The notes: generated from the letters alone by a model not told the origin. A DNA stretch of 64,000 bases from Lichenihabitans sp. (GCA_036276175.1 DATBEH010000040.1:1935-65934), one strand, 5' to 3'; counted from the stretch's first letter, positions 19,351 to 31,505 are shown. Numbers and translations are program-made.

Positions 19351-20433
19351 GCCCGCGGCGAGCGCGAGGACCTTGACCATCAGGTTCGGCAAGGCTTCCG
19401 ATCCCAGATCTGCCTTGGCGACCCAGCGCCACCCGACAGGCGCATCGAGCCGGGACGTACGGCCGGCATAGACATCGAGCCGCAGGGCGAAATGCGTGAA
19501 GACGTGGTCGACGGTACCGCGCCACGCGATGTCGTGATCCGGCAAAGCTTCCAACCCCGAGAGTGCGGGTGGCGCCTCGGTCCAGTCGGTCCCGAACACC
19601 TCCGTCATACCGCCGAGCAGGCCCGAGCTTGGCCGCGTGCGGACCAGAATGGCGCCGTCCGGCCGGCGCAGCACCACGGCGGCGCCGAAGCGCTGCGGCC
19701 GCATCGCCCTGGGCGATCGACGCGGCAGGTCCTGCTGCACGCCACGGACGCGGGCCTGGCATTCCCTCCGCACCGGGCAGATGGCGCAGGCCGGCGACCT
19801 CGGCGTGCAGAGGGTCGCGCCGAAATCCATCGTGGCCTGGGCGAAATCGCCGGGCCTGTCGGCGGAAACCAGGGTCGCCGCCAGCCGGCGGATGGCGGGC
19901 CGTGCTTCGGGCAGCGGCGTCTCGAGGGCGAACAGCCGCGCGACGACGCGTTCCACATTGCCGTCGACCACCGTCGCGGCCTCCCCGAAGGCGATGGCCG
20001 CGACGGCCGCCGCCGTATAATCGCCGATGCCGGGCAGGGCGCGCAACGCCGTCTCGGTGGGCGGGAACCTGCCGCCGAAGTGAACCACGACCGCATTGGC
20101 GCAGGCGTGGAGATTTCGGGCGCGGGCGTAATAGCCGAGGCCGGCCCATTCGCGCATCACCGCCTCGCTCGGGGCCTCGGCGAGATCCGCGACCGTCGGC
20201 CACAGCGCGAGGAAGCGGGCGAAATAGGGTTTGACAGCGGCGACGGTCGTCTGCTGCAGCATGACCTCCGACAGCCAGATCCGGTAGGGATCGGGGGTTT
20301 CGCCCGGCTTGGCCCGCCACGGCAGGATCCGGCGATGCCGGTCGTACCAATCGAGCAGGCTTCGGGTTATGCTCGACGCGCCGGCCGGTGCCGCGGCAGG
20401 GACAGGGTCGGCTCTCTCGATCTTGCGCGGCAT
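19225..20433 (-). CDS. mutY: A/G-specific adenine glycosylase
   Basis: WLSEVMLQQT, GLGYYARARNL, LPGIGDYT, VDGNVERV, 4Fe-4S CTPRSPACAICPVRREC; start set at ATG 20433. Confidence 0.96.
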   Translation of the reverse strand: MPRKIERADPVPAAAPAGASSITRSLLDWYDRHRRILPWRAKPGETPDPYRIWLSEVMLQQTTVAAVKPYFARFLALWPTVADLAEAPSEAVMREWAGLGYYARARNLHACANAVVVHFGGRFPPTETALRALPGIGDYTAAAVAAIAFGEAATVVDGNVERVVARLFALETPLPEARPAIRRLAATLVSADRPGDFAQATMDFGATLCTPRSPACAICPVRRECQARVRGVQQDLPRRSPRAMRPQRFGAAVVLRRPDGAILVRTRPSSGLLGGMTEVFGTDWTEAPPALSGLEALPDHDIAWRGTVDHVFTHFALRLDVYAGRTSRLDAPVGWRWVAKADLGSEALPNLMVKVLALAAGSPVPAADPDRLQLPGLVAVREQDGGAGRQRAKADRTKKVRG

Positions 20434-20482
20434 GCGATCCGGGACACGGCGGCGGGACAGGAGCGGGACGGAACCACGCGCG

Positions 20483-20986
20483 ATGCGCAACTTCAACGCC
20501 AAATCCGCCTGGTCGCGCCCGCTGGCCGATCTCGTCGACGGCTGCATCGGCCCGGCGCTGGCGCGCCAGGGTTTTGCCCAGGCGGATCTCGTCACCGTCT
20601 GGCCCGATATCGTCGGCGAGCGGATCGCCGCCTATACGGAGCCGATCAAGCTGCAATGGCCGCGCGGCACGGCGCGCGCCGATGCGGCGGACGGCCGGGT
20701 GCCGGCGACGCTTGTGCTGCGCGTGGAGGGCGGGGGAGCGCTCGAGCTCCAGCACATGGCCGCGACCGTGATCGAACGGATCAACGCGCATCTCGGCTGG
20801 CGCTGCGTCGGCAGGCTGGCCGTCCGGCAGGGGCCACTCGTCGGACGCCGTCCCCGCGAGCCCGGGCCGAAACCGCCGTCTCCGGCCGCCCTCGACGCGG
20901 CGCGCGGCGCGACGGTGGGCATCGCGGACGACGCGTTGCGCGGCGCGCTGACGCGCCTCGGCGCGCGAATCGTCAAAAGCCCCTGA
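20483..20986 (+). CDS. dciA: DciA (DUF721) helicase-loader family protein
   Basis: WPDIVGERIAAYTEPIKLQW...ALELQH...IERINAHLGW; divergent from mutY, the conserved arrangement. Confidence 0.88.
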   Translation: MRNFNAKSAWSRPLADLVDGCIGPALARQGFAQADLVTVWPDIVGERIAAYTEPIKLQWPRGTARADAADGRVPATLVLRVEGGGALELQHMAATVIERINAHLGWRCVGRLAVRQGPLVGRRPREPGPKPPSPAALDAARGATVGIADDALRGALTRLGARIVKSP

Positions 20987-21086
20987 GCCGGGTCGCGGGC
21001 CGATTTCCACGGCGCACGGCTTCCGCTAAGGATGGCGGGATGGCGGGTCCGGGCGAACCCTTCGGCACTGTGCAAGCGAGGTTTTC

Positions 21087-21737
21087 ATGAACCAGGATGG
21101 TTTCTCCGGCCGCAGGCGGTTCCTGCGCATCGGCGCGGCGGCGGGCCTGGCGCTGGCCTGCGGCGCCTCCCGGGCGCTGGCCGACAGCGTGCCGATCGCC
21201 ACGCTCATGGCCGAGGGTCCGCTGCCCGACGTCTGGCTCGGCCCGAAGGACGCGCCCGTCACCATCATCGAATATGCGTCGATGACCTGCACGCATTGCG
21301 CCGCCTTCAATGCCGAGACCTGGCCGACGCTGAAGTCGAAATATATCGACACCGGCAAGGTGCGCTACACGATGCGCGAATTCCCGCTCGATCCGCTGGC
21401 GACGGCCGCCTTTATGCTGGCGCGCTGCGCGGGGCCCGACAAGCGCTATGCCATCATCGACCTTCTGTTCAGCCAGCAGCAGAACTGGGCCTTCGTGCCG
21501 AAGCCCGTCGAGGCGCTGGCCAGCACGGTCAAGCAGGCCGGCATCACCCAGACCGATTTCGAGACCTGTCTCAAGGACCAGAAGCTCTACGATCAGGTCA
21601 ACAAGGTCCGCGACGATGCCGACAAGGCCTTCAAGGTGAATGCGACGCCGACCTTCTTCATCAACGGCGAGAAGCATGCGGGCGAGTTGACCGCCGCCGA
21701 GCTCGACAAGATCCTGGCGCCGCTGGTCAAGAGCTGA
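21087..21737 (+). CDS. DsbA/thioredoxin-fold protein with Tat-like signal
   Basis: SGRRRFL signal, EYASMTCTHC CxxC, REFPLD, TPTFFING. Confidence 0.92.
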   Translation: MNQDGFSGRRRFLRIGAAAGLALACGASRALADSVPIATLMAEGPLPDVWLGPKDAPVTIIEYASMTCTHCAAFNAETWPTLKSKYIDTGKVRYTMREFPLDPLATAAFMLARCAGPDKRYAIIDLLFSQQQNWAFVPKPVEALASTVKQAGITQTDFETCLKDQKLYDQVNKVRDDADKAFKVNATPTFFINGEKHAGELTAAELDKILAPLVKS

Positions 21738-21743
21738 GACGGC

Positions 21744-22178
21744 ATGACGGACGGGCTGCGGATCGAGCTGACCGACGCGCCGGCCGAGGACGACATCGCT
21801 TTCGTCGAGCGGGAGCTGATCGGCTTCAACGAGGCCCGCGCGCTGCCCTACGACCGGCGGCCGCTCTGCGTCTTTGCCCGCGATGACTTGGGCACGCTGA
21901 TCGGCGGGGCGACGGGCGAGACCAACTGGGGCTGGCTCTACCTCGACTGCTTCTGGCTGCCGGACACGTTGCGCCAAGAAGGCGTTGGCGGCCGGATCCT
22001 CGCCATGGCCGAAGCGGAGGCGGTGGCGCGGGGCTGCACGCGTGCGCGCCTTTTCAGCTACAGCTTCCAGGCGCCGGGCTTCTACGAGAGGCACGGCTAT
22101 GAGGTTTTCGGCACCCTCGACGACTATCCGCCGGGCCATGCGCAGATCTGGCTGCGCAAGCGGCTTACCGGCGATTGA
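21744..22178 (+). CDS. GNAT N-acetyltransferase
   Basis: LRQEGVGGRIL acetyl-CoA motif; SFQAPGFYERHGYEVFG. Confidence 0.9.
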   Translation: MTDGLRIELTDAPAEDDIAFVERELIGFNEARALPYDRRPLCVFARDDLGTLIGGATGETNWGWLYLDCFWLPDTLRQEGVGGRILAMAEAEAVARGCTRARLFSYSFQAPGFYERHGYEVFGTLDDYPPGHAQIWLRKRLTGD

Positions 22179-22184
22179 TGCTCC

Positions 22185-23192
22185 TCAGGCCGGCAGCGTC
22201 AGCAGGCCGGCCTTGCCGCCCCGCGTGCCGAAGAGCAGGCGCCGGCCCTCGCGGTCCCAGGCGAAGGCCGAGACCGCGCCGCCCTCAGGATCTTCCCGGC
22301 GCACGGGAATTTCCGAGCCGTCGGTGAGTCGGGCGAGCAGGATGAAGCCATCCTCATAGCCCAGCGCCACGACGGCCGCCGCCGGATGAAACGCCACCTG
22401 CGACACCCGCGCCGGGCGCACGCCGCATTCGCGCGGCGCCTTGCCCATCGGCCCGTCCTTGCTGTCGAACGGCCAGATCACGCAGGCATCGGCGCCCGAG
22501 GTCGCCAGCCACTTGCCGTCCGGCGACCAGGACATCGAGCGCACCTTGGCCGGATAGCCCGACATGCGCATGTGCTTGCCGTCGGCGAGCCGCCAGCCGT
22601 GCATGGCATTCTCCTGCATCGAGGTGACCAGGAAGGCGCCGTCGGGCGAGAATACCGCGTCGAGATGCGAGCCTTTCCAGCTCAGCGTCTCGGGCGCCTC
22701 GACGCTGTTCGGGAACCACAGCGAGGCGCCATTGTAATGCGAGAAGGCGAGCCGGTAGCCCTTCGGCGCGAAGGCAAGGCCGCGAGCGGAGGAGGGGGCG
22801 GTCGCGGATTTCACCTCGCCCTTGGCCGAGCGGGCCTGCACGCTGCGCCCCGACGCCCAGGCGACCGCGCCGGAGGAATGGATCGCCACGGCGTCGACCC
22901 ACCCGTTCGGCAGAGCGGCGAGTTCCGTCGACGATCCGTCCGCCGCGACCGCGACGACGCGGCCGTCGTCCCCGCCGGTGACGATGCGGCCGCGGTCGGA
23001 GGCCGCCGACAGGATGGCGCCCTCCGGATGAGCCGCGACCCGTCGCCCGTCCGCGAACAGCACCGCACCGTCGCCGAGCGCCAGCACGGCGGTATCGCCC
23101 CCCAAGAAGGCTGCGGCCGTGACATGCGCGCCGGCCTCGATCGGCTGAACGGCGGCGGCGAGGCCGTCCGCGGGAGAGGGGACGCTCGGCAT
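22185..23192 (-). CDS. WD40-repeat beta-propeller protein
   Basis: Repeated WS/FSPDG units, WKGSH, MSGYPAKVRS, GADACVIWPF. Confidence 0.88.
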   Translation of the reverse strand: MPSVPSPADGLAAAVQPIEAGAHVTAAAFLGGDTAVLALGDGAVLFADGRRVAAHPEGAILSAASDRGRIVTGGDDGRVVAVAADGSSTELAALPNGWVDAVAIHSSGAVAWASGRSVQARSAKGEVKSATAPSSARGLAFAPKGYRLAFSHYNGASLWFPNSVEAPETLSWKGSHLDAVFSPDGAFLVTSMQENAMHGWRLADGKHMRMSGYPAKVRSMSWSPDGKWLATSGADACVIWPFDSKDGPMGKAPRECGVRPARVSQVAFHPAAAVVALGYEDGFILLARLTDGSEIPVRREDPEGGAVSAFAWDREGRRLLFGTRGGKAGLLTLPA

Positions 23193-23197
23193 GGCCG

Positions 23198-23944
23198 TTA
23201 TAGCGCGAAGCCGCCGTCCGCCAGATGGATCTGGCCGGTCGTATAGCTCGATTCGTCCGAAGCCAGATAGACGGCCAGCATGGCGATCTCATGCGCCGTG
23301 CCGAGCCGGCCCATCGGCTGGCGGTCGACGAAGGCCTGCTGGACGGCATCGCGCCCCTGGTTGGTGGAGCGGGCCAGCGTATCGATCCGCTCACCGAGCG
23401 AGGGGCTCTCGATCGTCCCCGGACAGATGGCGTTGCAGCGGATGCCGCGCTTGATGAAATCGGCCGCCACGGCCTTGCTGAGACCGATCACCGCGGCCTT
23501 GCTCGCACCGTAGACGTAGCGGTTGGGGATGCCGCGCACCGAAGACGCGCCCGACGCGACGTTGACGATCGAGCCCCCGCCCTTCTCCAGCATGCCGGGC
23601 AGCACGGCCTTGATGGTCCGGTGCATGGACTTGACGTTGAGATCGAACGAGAAGTCCCAGTCCTGATCGCTGCAGTCGAGAACACTGCCGTGATGCACGT
23701 AGCCCGCGCAATTGAACAGGATGTCGACCGGGCCGAGCGTCTTCGCCAGGGCCTCGACCGCAGGCGTCGAGCGGACGTCGAGCGCATGGATCTCGGCGCC
23801 CTCGAGCCCGGCCATCTTGCCGACGTCGAGGTCGGTCGCGATCACTCGCGCGCCTTCCGCCAGGAAAGCTTCCGCCGTCGCGCGGCCGATGCCCTGGCCC
23901 GCCGCCGTCAACAATGCCGTCTTGCCGGCCAAACGTCCCGTCAC
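23198..23944 (-). CDS. SDR oxidoreductase (BDH2 / 2-keto-3-deoxy-L-fuconate dehydrogenase-like)
   Basis: TAAGQGIG, NCAG, YGASK catalytic motif, CPGTIESPS. Confidence 0.9.
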   Translation of the reverse strand: MTGRLAGKTALLTAAGQGIGRATAEAFLAEGARVIATDLDVGKMAGLEGAEIHALDVRSTPAVEALAKTLGPVDILFNCAGYVHHGSVLDCSDQDWDFSFDLNVKSMHRTIKAVLPGMLEKGGGSIVNVASGASSVRGIPNRYVYGASKAAVIGLSKAVAADFIKRGIRCNAICPGTIESPSLGERIDTLARSTNQGRDAVQQAFVDRQPMGRLGTAHEIAMLAVYLASDESSYTTGQIHLADGGFAL

Positions 23945-24115
23945 CCCGCGCTCCCTCTCGATCGCCGCATGTGTCGCATCCGGGTAGGAGCCTCGCGCCG
24001 GCTTGTCAAACGCCCGGCCGCCACGCAGACATGGGGCGGCGCGGGCTTGTGCTTGGATTTCCGGTCGCAGCGGCTAGGATCGCCAGGTTTCAAGGTTCCT
24101 CGTGGGGTCGAGACC

Positions 24116-24574
24116 ATGATCTATCCCGTTCTCGAATTCGATTATCTTAGACACGGCCATCTCGCGACGAACGTCTGGCATGCTCAGATGGCCGGACACC
24201 CGAAAATACTGACCTACAACGGACCGGACATGGGGCGCGCCAATCGCCGCGCATCGATGAGGATCGAGCACGATGACGGGCGGACAGAGGCGATCCCGCG
24301 TATCTTGAGCCGGGACGAATATCCGTTCGCGTGCACCGTCGAAGGGGGGCGCTCCGCCTGGGTCGGACACATCCCGCCCGAGCAGAACAGCGCGCAAGGA
24401 GGGCTCATCGCGGCTTTTCTGCGCTCGAAGCACGTCTTCCCCGACAATGGGCCGCGCTCGAGATTCGTCGCGGCGGTGACGAACTATCCGGATGGCCCGG
24501 TGACAAATCCATGCAAGCCGGCCTGCAAGCCCCTGTGCTCCGAGGGCGATTGCAGGTTGGTGAGCGGCACCTAG
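24116..24574 (+). CDS. Standalone NucA/NucB-like DNase with Cys-rich tail
   Basis: LTYNGP...ANRRAS...SRDEYPFACTVEGG..A.V..IP..QNSAQG matches the NucA/NucB RDE(Y/W)P..EGG...N core; tail CKPACKPLCSEGDC; ATG at 24116. Confidence 0.75.
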   Translation: MIYPVLEFDYLRHGHLATNVWHAQMAGHPKILTYNGPDMGRANRRASMRIEHDDGRTEAIPRILSRDEYPFACTVEGGRSAWVGHIPPEQNSAQGGLIAAFLRSKHVFPDNGPRSRFVAAVTNYPDGPVTNPCKPACKPLCSEGDCRLVSGT

Positions 24575-24672
24575 CCTTGCGTAGCAAAGGCCACGATTGG
24601 TTTTGCTTTTGCAAGCAAAATCAATGCTGCTAACGTCTCCAAGTGTAAGCAAACTCGCGAGAGTTTGCTTAG
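24573..24672 (-). repeat. ~100-bp palindromic element, copy 1 (inverted relative to 35193..35296)
   Basis: By-eye alignment to the reverse complement of copy 2 gives roughly 80% identity; internal hairpins ATTGGTTTTGCTT/AAGCAAAATCAAT and TAAGCAAACTC/GAGTTTGCTTA. Confidence 0.85.
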
Positions 24673-24835
24673 GCGTGCGGCCCGGAGCCGAGACGCGTCG
24701 AGTCCCGCGGCTCGATCGACGTTGCCGCCCGAGGCAACGCCGGGCGGAGCCACCGCTGGACCGCGTCGGACATGAGCTATAGTTTCACGGAGATCGGCGC
24801 GCCCGCACGGCCGCCGGCGCCTATGGGAGAGCGCC

Positions 24836-25717
24836 TTGGTCGAGATCCGATGTGCCGTCGGCGCCAAAGCCCGGCTGGGCGAGAGCACCTATTGGGATCC
24901 GGCGGCGGGCGTCCTGTGGTGGATCGACATCTACGGCCCGACCATCCACCGCTATGACCCGGCGAGCGGGCAGGACGACACGTTCGAGGCGCCCGAATAT
25001 CTGGGCTGCCTGGCGGTGCGGGCCAAGGGCGGCCTCGTCGTCTCGATGGCCAGCGGGTTCCATTTCTTCGATCCGGCGACGCGGCGCTTCGAGCCGATCC
25101 ACGATCCCGAGGCCCATCTCGCCGACACCCGCTTCAACGACGGCAAGACCGACCGGCAGGGACGCTTCTGGTCGGGCTCGATGTTCGAGGCCGCCGGCAA
25201 GACGCCCGCGAAGCTCGGTGCGCTCTACCGCCTCGATACGGACCTGACCTGCCACCGCATCATCGAGGGCGTCGGATGCTCCAACGGCCTCGCCTGGAGC
25301 CCGGGCAGCCGCGTCATGTATTTCACCGACAGCCACGCGCCGTACGTCTGGGCCTATGATTTCGACGCCGCGACAGGCGCGGTCGAGGGTCGTCGCACCT
25401 TCGCCGACCTCAGCGCCATGGACGCGATCGTCGACGGCGCCACCGTGGATGCCGAGGGCTGCTACTGGGCCACGATCCCGTTCAAGGGCAAGGTGATGCG
25501 CTTCGATCCCGACGGCCGGCTCATGAGAACGATCGACCTGCCGACCGAAATCCCCACCTGCTGCGAATTCGGCGGCCGCGATCTCGACGTGCTCTACGTC
25601 ACGACCGCCGTCTACGACCGCACGCCCGAGCAGCTTGCGGTCCAGCCGCTGGCCGGCGCCCTCCTGGCGCTCGAGGTCGGCGTCAAGGGCCTGCCGCTGA
25701 CGCCCTTCGCCGGTTAG
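24836..25717 (+). CDS. SMP-30/gluconolactonase/LRE family protein
   Basis: LGESTYWD, RFNDGKTDRQGRFW.GSM, SNGLAWSP, DGATVDAEG, FGGRDLDVLYVTTA; TTG start after GGAGA. Confidence 0.93.
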   Translation: MVEIRCAVGAKARLGESTYWDPAAGVLWWIDIYGPTIHRYDPASGQDDTFEAPEYLGCLAVRAKGGLVVSMASGFHFFDPATRRFEPIHDPEAHLADTRFNDGKTDRQGRFWSGSMFEAAGKTPAKLGALYRLDTDLTCHRIIEGVGCSNGLAWSPGSRVMYFTDSHAPYVWAYDFDAATGAVEGRRTFADLSAMDAIVDGATVDAEGCYWATIPFKGKVMRFDPDGRLMRTIDLPTEIPTCCEFGGRDLDVLYVTTAVYDRTPEQLAVQPLAGALLALEVGVKGLPLTPFAG

Positions 25718-25726
25718 GCTGGCACG

Positions 25727-26902
25727 TCAGGACGAGACCGGCGGCACGTCGCTCGCGCCGGTGAAGTTCCGCTCCCATCCCTGATCCCACAGCGATGGAA
25801 ACGACAGCGGCCGATAGCCGTGCCGCTCGATGGCGGCGATATCGAGATCGAGGCCGAGCCCCGGCGCCTCGGGCAGGAGGAAGGCGCCGTTCCGCAGCGG
25901 AGTCCAGCCCGCCACGAGGTCGTCGCGCCAGTCGACGTCGAATTCGGCGAAACATTCGAGCAGCCGCATGTTCGGGGTCGACCAGGCGAAATGCAGCGCC
26001 GCCGCGAGCGCCACCGGGCCGATCGAGCAATGCGGCGACACCCCGAGATCCTGCGCGGCCGCGAAGGCCGCGACCTTCTTGGCCTGGGCGAGGCCGCCGC
26101 AATGGGCGACGTCCATCTGCACGACGTCGCAGGCCCGCAGGCCGATGAGCCGGGCAAAATCGGCGAGCGTGTAGAGCCGTTCCCCCGAGGCGATCGGCAC
26201 GGCGGAGGCGCTTTTCACCTCCTTGAGGAGGTCGAGGCTTTCGGGCGCGACGGGCTCCTCGCACCAGACGATATTGTGGCTCGCGAGCTTGCGGATGAAG
26301 CGGATCGCGTCGTCGGCTCCGAACCGTCCGTGCATCTCGATCATCAGGCCGACCGCGGGGCCCACGGCACGCGCGACCGCCTCGATCACCGCCAGCGCGT
26401 GCTGCTCTTCGACAGGGTCGAGCGATTTCCAGGCGGTGGCGAAGGGGTCGAACTTGAGGGCGCGATAGCCGCGGGCCGTGACATCGGCGGCCCGCCGGGC
26501 GAAGTCCTCGGGGGTGCGGCAGCCGCCGTACCAGCCGTTGGCATAGGCGCCCTGTGTCTCGCGGCAGCGGCCGCCGAGCAGCCGGTAGACGGGCTGGCCG
26601 CAGGCCTTGCCGATCAGGTCCCACAGCGCGATCTCGGTGCCGCTGATGGCCGTCATGACCGTCGCGCCGCCCTGATACTGGTCGCGGATCATGCCGCCGA
26701 CGACGGATTCGACGTCGAACGGATCGCGGCCGACGATGCGCGAGGCGACCCATTCGTTGAGCAGCACCTCGACGGCGCGCTCCTGCCATTCGAGCGACGC
26801 CTCGCCGATCCCGTGAAGTCCCGTGTCGGTCGTCAGGCGCACGAACAGATAGTTGCGCAAGCCCGCGTTGCACATGAAGGTCTGAAGCGAAGTGATCTTC
26901 AT
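25727..26902 (-). CDS. Enolase-superfamily sugar-acid dehydratase (DgoD/mandelate racemase-like)
   Basis: GIGEA, AISGTEIALWDL.GK, KFDPF, IEMHGR, WCEEP, GERL, HCSIGP, PGLG. Confidence 0.92.
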   Translation of the reverse strand: MKITSLQTFMCNAGLRNYLFVRLTTDTGLHGIGEASLEWQERAVEVLLNEWVASRIVGRDPFDVESVVGGMIRDQYQGGATVMTAISGTEIALWDLIGKACGQPVYRLLGGRCRETQGAYANGWYGGCRTPEDFARRAADVTARGYRALKFDPFATAWKSLDPVEEQHALAVIEAVARAVGPAVGLMIEMHGRFGADDAIRFIRKLASHNIVWCEEPVAPESLDLLKEVKSASAVPIASGERLYTLADFARLIGLRACDVVQMDVAHCGGLAQAKKVAAFAAAQDLGVSPHCSIGPVALAAALHFAWSTPNMRLLECFAEFDVDWRDDLVAGWTPLRNGAFLLPEAPGLGLDLDIAAIERHGYRPLSFPSLWDQGWERNFTGASDVPPVSS

Positions 26903-26933
26903 GCGGGGTCTTCCGGTTCGAGAGGGAGCGCCG

Positions 26934-28903
26934 TCATGATCGGCGTCCCGGCAGCAGCGTCACGCCGGCGCGCAGCGCCAGCGCCCCGAGAATGGCCGCG
27001 CCCTTGACCATGTCGAAGCCCGCATCGCTCATCTGCAGGCCCGAGAGCCCGTCGTTCAGTACGGCGAGAAACAGCACGCCGCAGGCCGTGTCGCCGAGCC
27101 GGCCGGAGCCGCCCCGGAACGAGGCGCCCCCGATGACGACGGCCACGATGGCGTCGAGCTCGAGCCCGAAGCCGGCGGTCGGGGCGGCCGCCCCGAGCCG
27201 TCCGAGCATGACCAGCATGCCGGCGGCCGTGAACGCGCCCATGGTCAGCAGCACGAGCAGGCGCGTGCGACCGACGTCGACCCCCGCCTGGCGCAGCATG
27301 CGGGCGTCGCCGCCGAGCGCGTAGAGGCGAAGGCCGAGCCTCGTGCGGGACAGGATCAGCCACCCGCAGGCGAAAGCCAGGGCCGCCAGCGCGGCGCATG
27401 GGGTGAAGCCCAAAATCACCGGCCGCGTCATCAGGCTGACGAAGGCCGGGCTGACCGGCAGGGTGCTGGCGCCGGTCAGCGACACGGCGAGCCCTCTGGC
27501 CCAGATCCAGGCCGCGAGCGTCACGATCAGCGGATCGAGCCCGAGCCGGCCGACCACGACGCCGTTGAGACCGTAGACCATGAGGCAGGCCAGCACGCCG
27601 GCGACGAGCGAGGGGAGCACGCCCCAGCCGGCCCCGAAGGCCAGCGCGACGGCCACGGCACCGAGCGCCACCACCGAGCCGGGCGAGAGGTCGACGGTGC
27701 GCGACACGATGCCGAGCATCGCGCCGACCGCCACGATGGCCAGCGCCGCGTTCTGCTCGACCAGCGCCACGACATTCGCCCAGGTCGCGAAGGCGGGGTT
27801 GACGATGGCGAAGGCGAGCCCGAGCATCACCGTCGCGCCGATCAGGGTGTGGCGGGCGACGGCGGCCCAGAGGCGGCTGCCGATGACGTCCTGGAGCGCC
27901 TCGGCGATTCCCGCCTCGCCCGGCGCGCCGCCCTGGAGCAGCCGCCCCGCCACCATGGCGGCGAACAGCAGCGCGCCGGTCACCGTGGTCTGCCAGGTGC
28001 CCGGCACGCCATGGATCGTCATGACGTTGAAGACCATCATCAGGGTGATGGCGCCGGCGGCTGTCTGGCCGACCTTGACCTGGCCCGAGGGCAGGCCGCC
28101 CGCACCGAGCGCCACGATCGCGACGGCATAGAATTCGAGCCCGAGACCGACCGAGGGGCTGATGACGCCGGTGCGCGCCGCGACCAGCACGCCCGCCAGC
28201 CCCGCCAAGGCCCCGCAGGCCACATAGGCCGCCACGCGAACGAGGCGGACGCGAACGCCCGACAGCCGTGCCGCAGCGGCGCCATCGCCGACCGCATAGA
28301 GCCTTCGCCCCGCCGCCATGCGGCCGAGGACGACGAAGCAGGCGAGGGCCACGCCGCCCGCGACCAGCGCATCGAGCGGCAGCGGCCCGAGACGGCCGCC
28401 GGCGAGATCGTTGAACACCGGTGCGTCGATGTCGATCCAGGACTGAAAGCGGGCCAGGACGGCGAGGCCGATGCCCCGCACCCCGATCATCGTGCCGAGC
28501 GTCACGATCACCGGGCTGATGCGCAGGCCCTCGACGAGCGCCGCATTGAGAAGGCCCACGAGCGCACCGGCGCCGAGCGCGCCGGCGATGGCCAGCAGCG
28601 GATCGACCCCGTCGACGAGCAATCCGCCGGCGACCGTGGCGGCGAGCAGCACGACCGAGCCGACCGACAGGTCGATGCCGCCGACCAGGACGACCAGCAT
28701 CATCCCGAGCCCGAGCACCAGGACGGAGGCGGTCTGCCTGGCGATATTGGCGACGTTGCCGAGCGTGCCGAAGGGCGGCGACACAGCGGCGAAGAGCACG
28801 AAGAGCAGAAGGGCGGTGACCACCATGGGATGGCGCGCCAGGACGGTCGCCACGATCCCGCGCAGCGGGCGGCCTTCGACCTCGATGGGGGAGGCCGCGA
28901 CCT

Positions 28904-28907
<4 letters not shown>
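26934..28907 (-). CDS. CUT2 ABC permease with two fused RbsC-like domains (657 aa)
   Basis: Two tandem permease units, each with G.DLS.GS..., YA.G....AAR.SGV/RQAGV and LE...(V/I)A..A/V..G motifs, with no stop between them. Confidence 0.9.
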
Positions 28908-30418
<1,511 letters not shown>

Positions 30419-30420
30419 GG

Positions 30421-31425
30421 CTACTTGTAGCTCGCCAGGATGTCCTTGAGCGGTTTCTCGAACGGGAAGGCCTCGAGCTTGTGGACCTGGTCGTCGGCGA
30501 CCTTGAGCGCCGTGTCGACATTGTCCTTGGTCACGAGGACGCCCTGGATCATGATCTCGTCCGGGTGCGGCTTCTTGGCGGCGATGAGGTAGGGCAGATA
30601 GGCCTTCCAGAACCCGGAATATTGCGGCGCCAGGAGAACGGTGCTCTCCATCTTGCCGCTCTTCACCGCCTGCAGTCCCCCCTCGGTGCCATCGACCGAG
30701 ACCAGCATAACCTGGTCCTGCTTGCCCACCCGGTCGATGACCTTGGCGGCCGGCACGGTCAGGCTGTCGCTGTTGCCGTAGATGAGATCGAGATGCGGAT
30801 AGGCCGTCAGCCAGTTCTCGGTGATCGAGACGGCCTTGCCGGGATCCCAGCCGGTCGGCTCCTGCGCCACGACCTTTACCTCCGGATACTGCTTCATCAC
30901 GTCGGTGAAACCACCCGAGCGGTCGGTGTTCAGTCCCTGCCCGAGAAGCCCCTCGAGATTGGCCACCTCGCCCTTCACGACGCCGTTGTAGCGGGCCTTG
31001 AGCAGGCCGGCCGCGAAGGTGCCGACCATCTTGCCCGTGTAGCGCTCGTCGAAGCCGAGCACCGCGGTACAGCCGTCGATCTTGGAATGCAGGCAGATGA
31101 CGGGCGTATGGGCGGCGGCGGCCTTCTTCATCGTCGGGCCGAAGGCCTTGGCGTCGATGAAGTTGACGGCGATCGCGTCGACGCCCTCGTTGATCATGTT
31201 CTCGAAGACCTGGATCTGCTTGTTGACGTCGCCGTCGCCGCTCGCCACCACGAGCCGAAAGCCGAACCGGCGCGCTGCCTCCTTGGCCCCCTCGACCTCG
31301 CCGAGATGGAACGGGTTCGACAGGTCGATCTGAACCAGCCCGATCTTCGGGCCCTGGTCGGCGGCCGAAGCCTCGCCGATCGACATCAGGCTGGCCGCGA
31401 CCGCTGCGGCAAGAGCTTTGCGCAT
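30421..31425 (-). CDS. RbsB-like sugar-binding protein
   Basis: Signal peptide, SNPFH, GD..KQI..FENMI..GVDAI, VSVDG. Confidence 0.92.
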   Translation of the reverse strand: MRKALAAAVAASLMSIGEASAADQGPKIGLVQIDLSNPFHLGEVEGAKEAARRFGFRLVVASGDGDVNKQIQVFENMINEGVDAIAVNFIDAKAFGPTMKKAAAAHTPVICLHSKIDGCTAVLGFDERYTGKMVGTFAAGLLKARYNGVVKGEVANLEGLLGQGLNTDRSGGFTDVMKQYPEVKVVAQEPTGWDPGKAVSITENWLTAYPHLDLIYGNSDSLTVPAAKVIDRVGKQDQVMLVSVDGTEGGLQAVKSGKMESTVLLAPQYSGFWKAYLPYLIAAKKPHPDEIMIQGVLVTKDNVDTALKVADDQVHKLEAFPFEKPLKDILASYK

Positions 31426-31493
31426 GAGATCCTCCCTGAAGGCCGGCCATTCTGGGGGCCGGTCTAGTCTGCTCCAAAAGGCAGTTTTTCGAT

Positions 31494-31505
31494 GTTACCG
31501 GTAAC
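31494..31505. promoter_or_regulatory. GntR-type LacI operator
   Basis: Perfect palindrome GTTACCGGTAAC within ATGTTACCGGTAACC, matching the ATGTTA-N4-TAACAT GntR consensus; about 70 bp upstream of the binding-protein gene. Confidence 0.8.
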
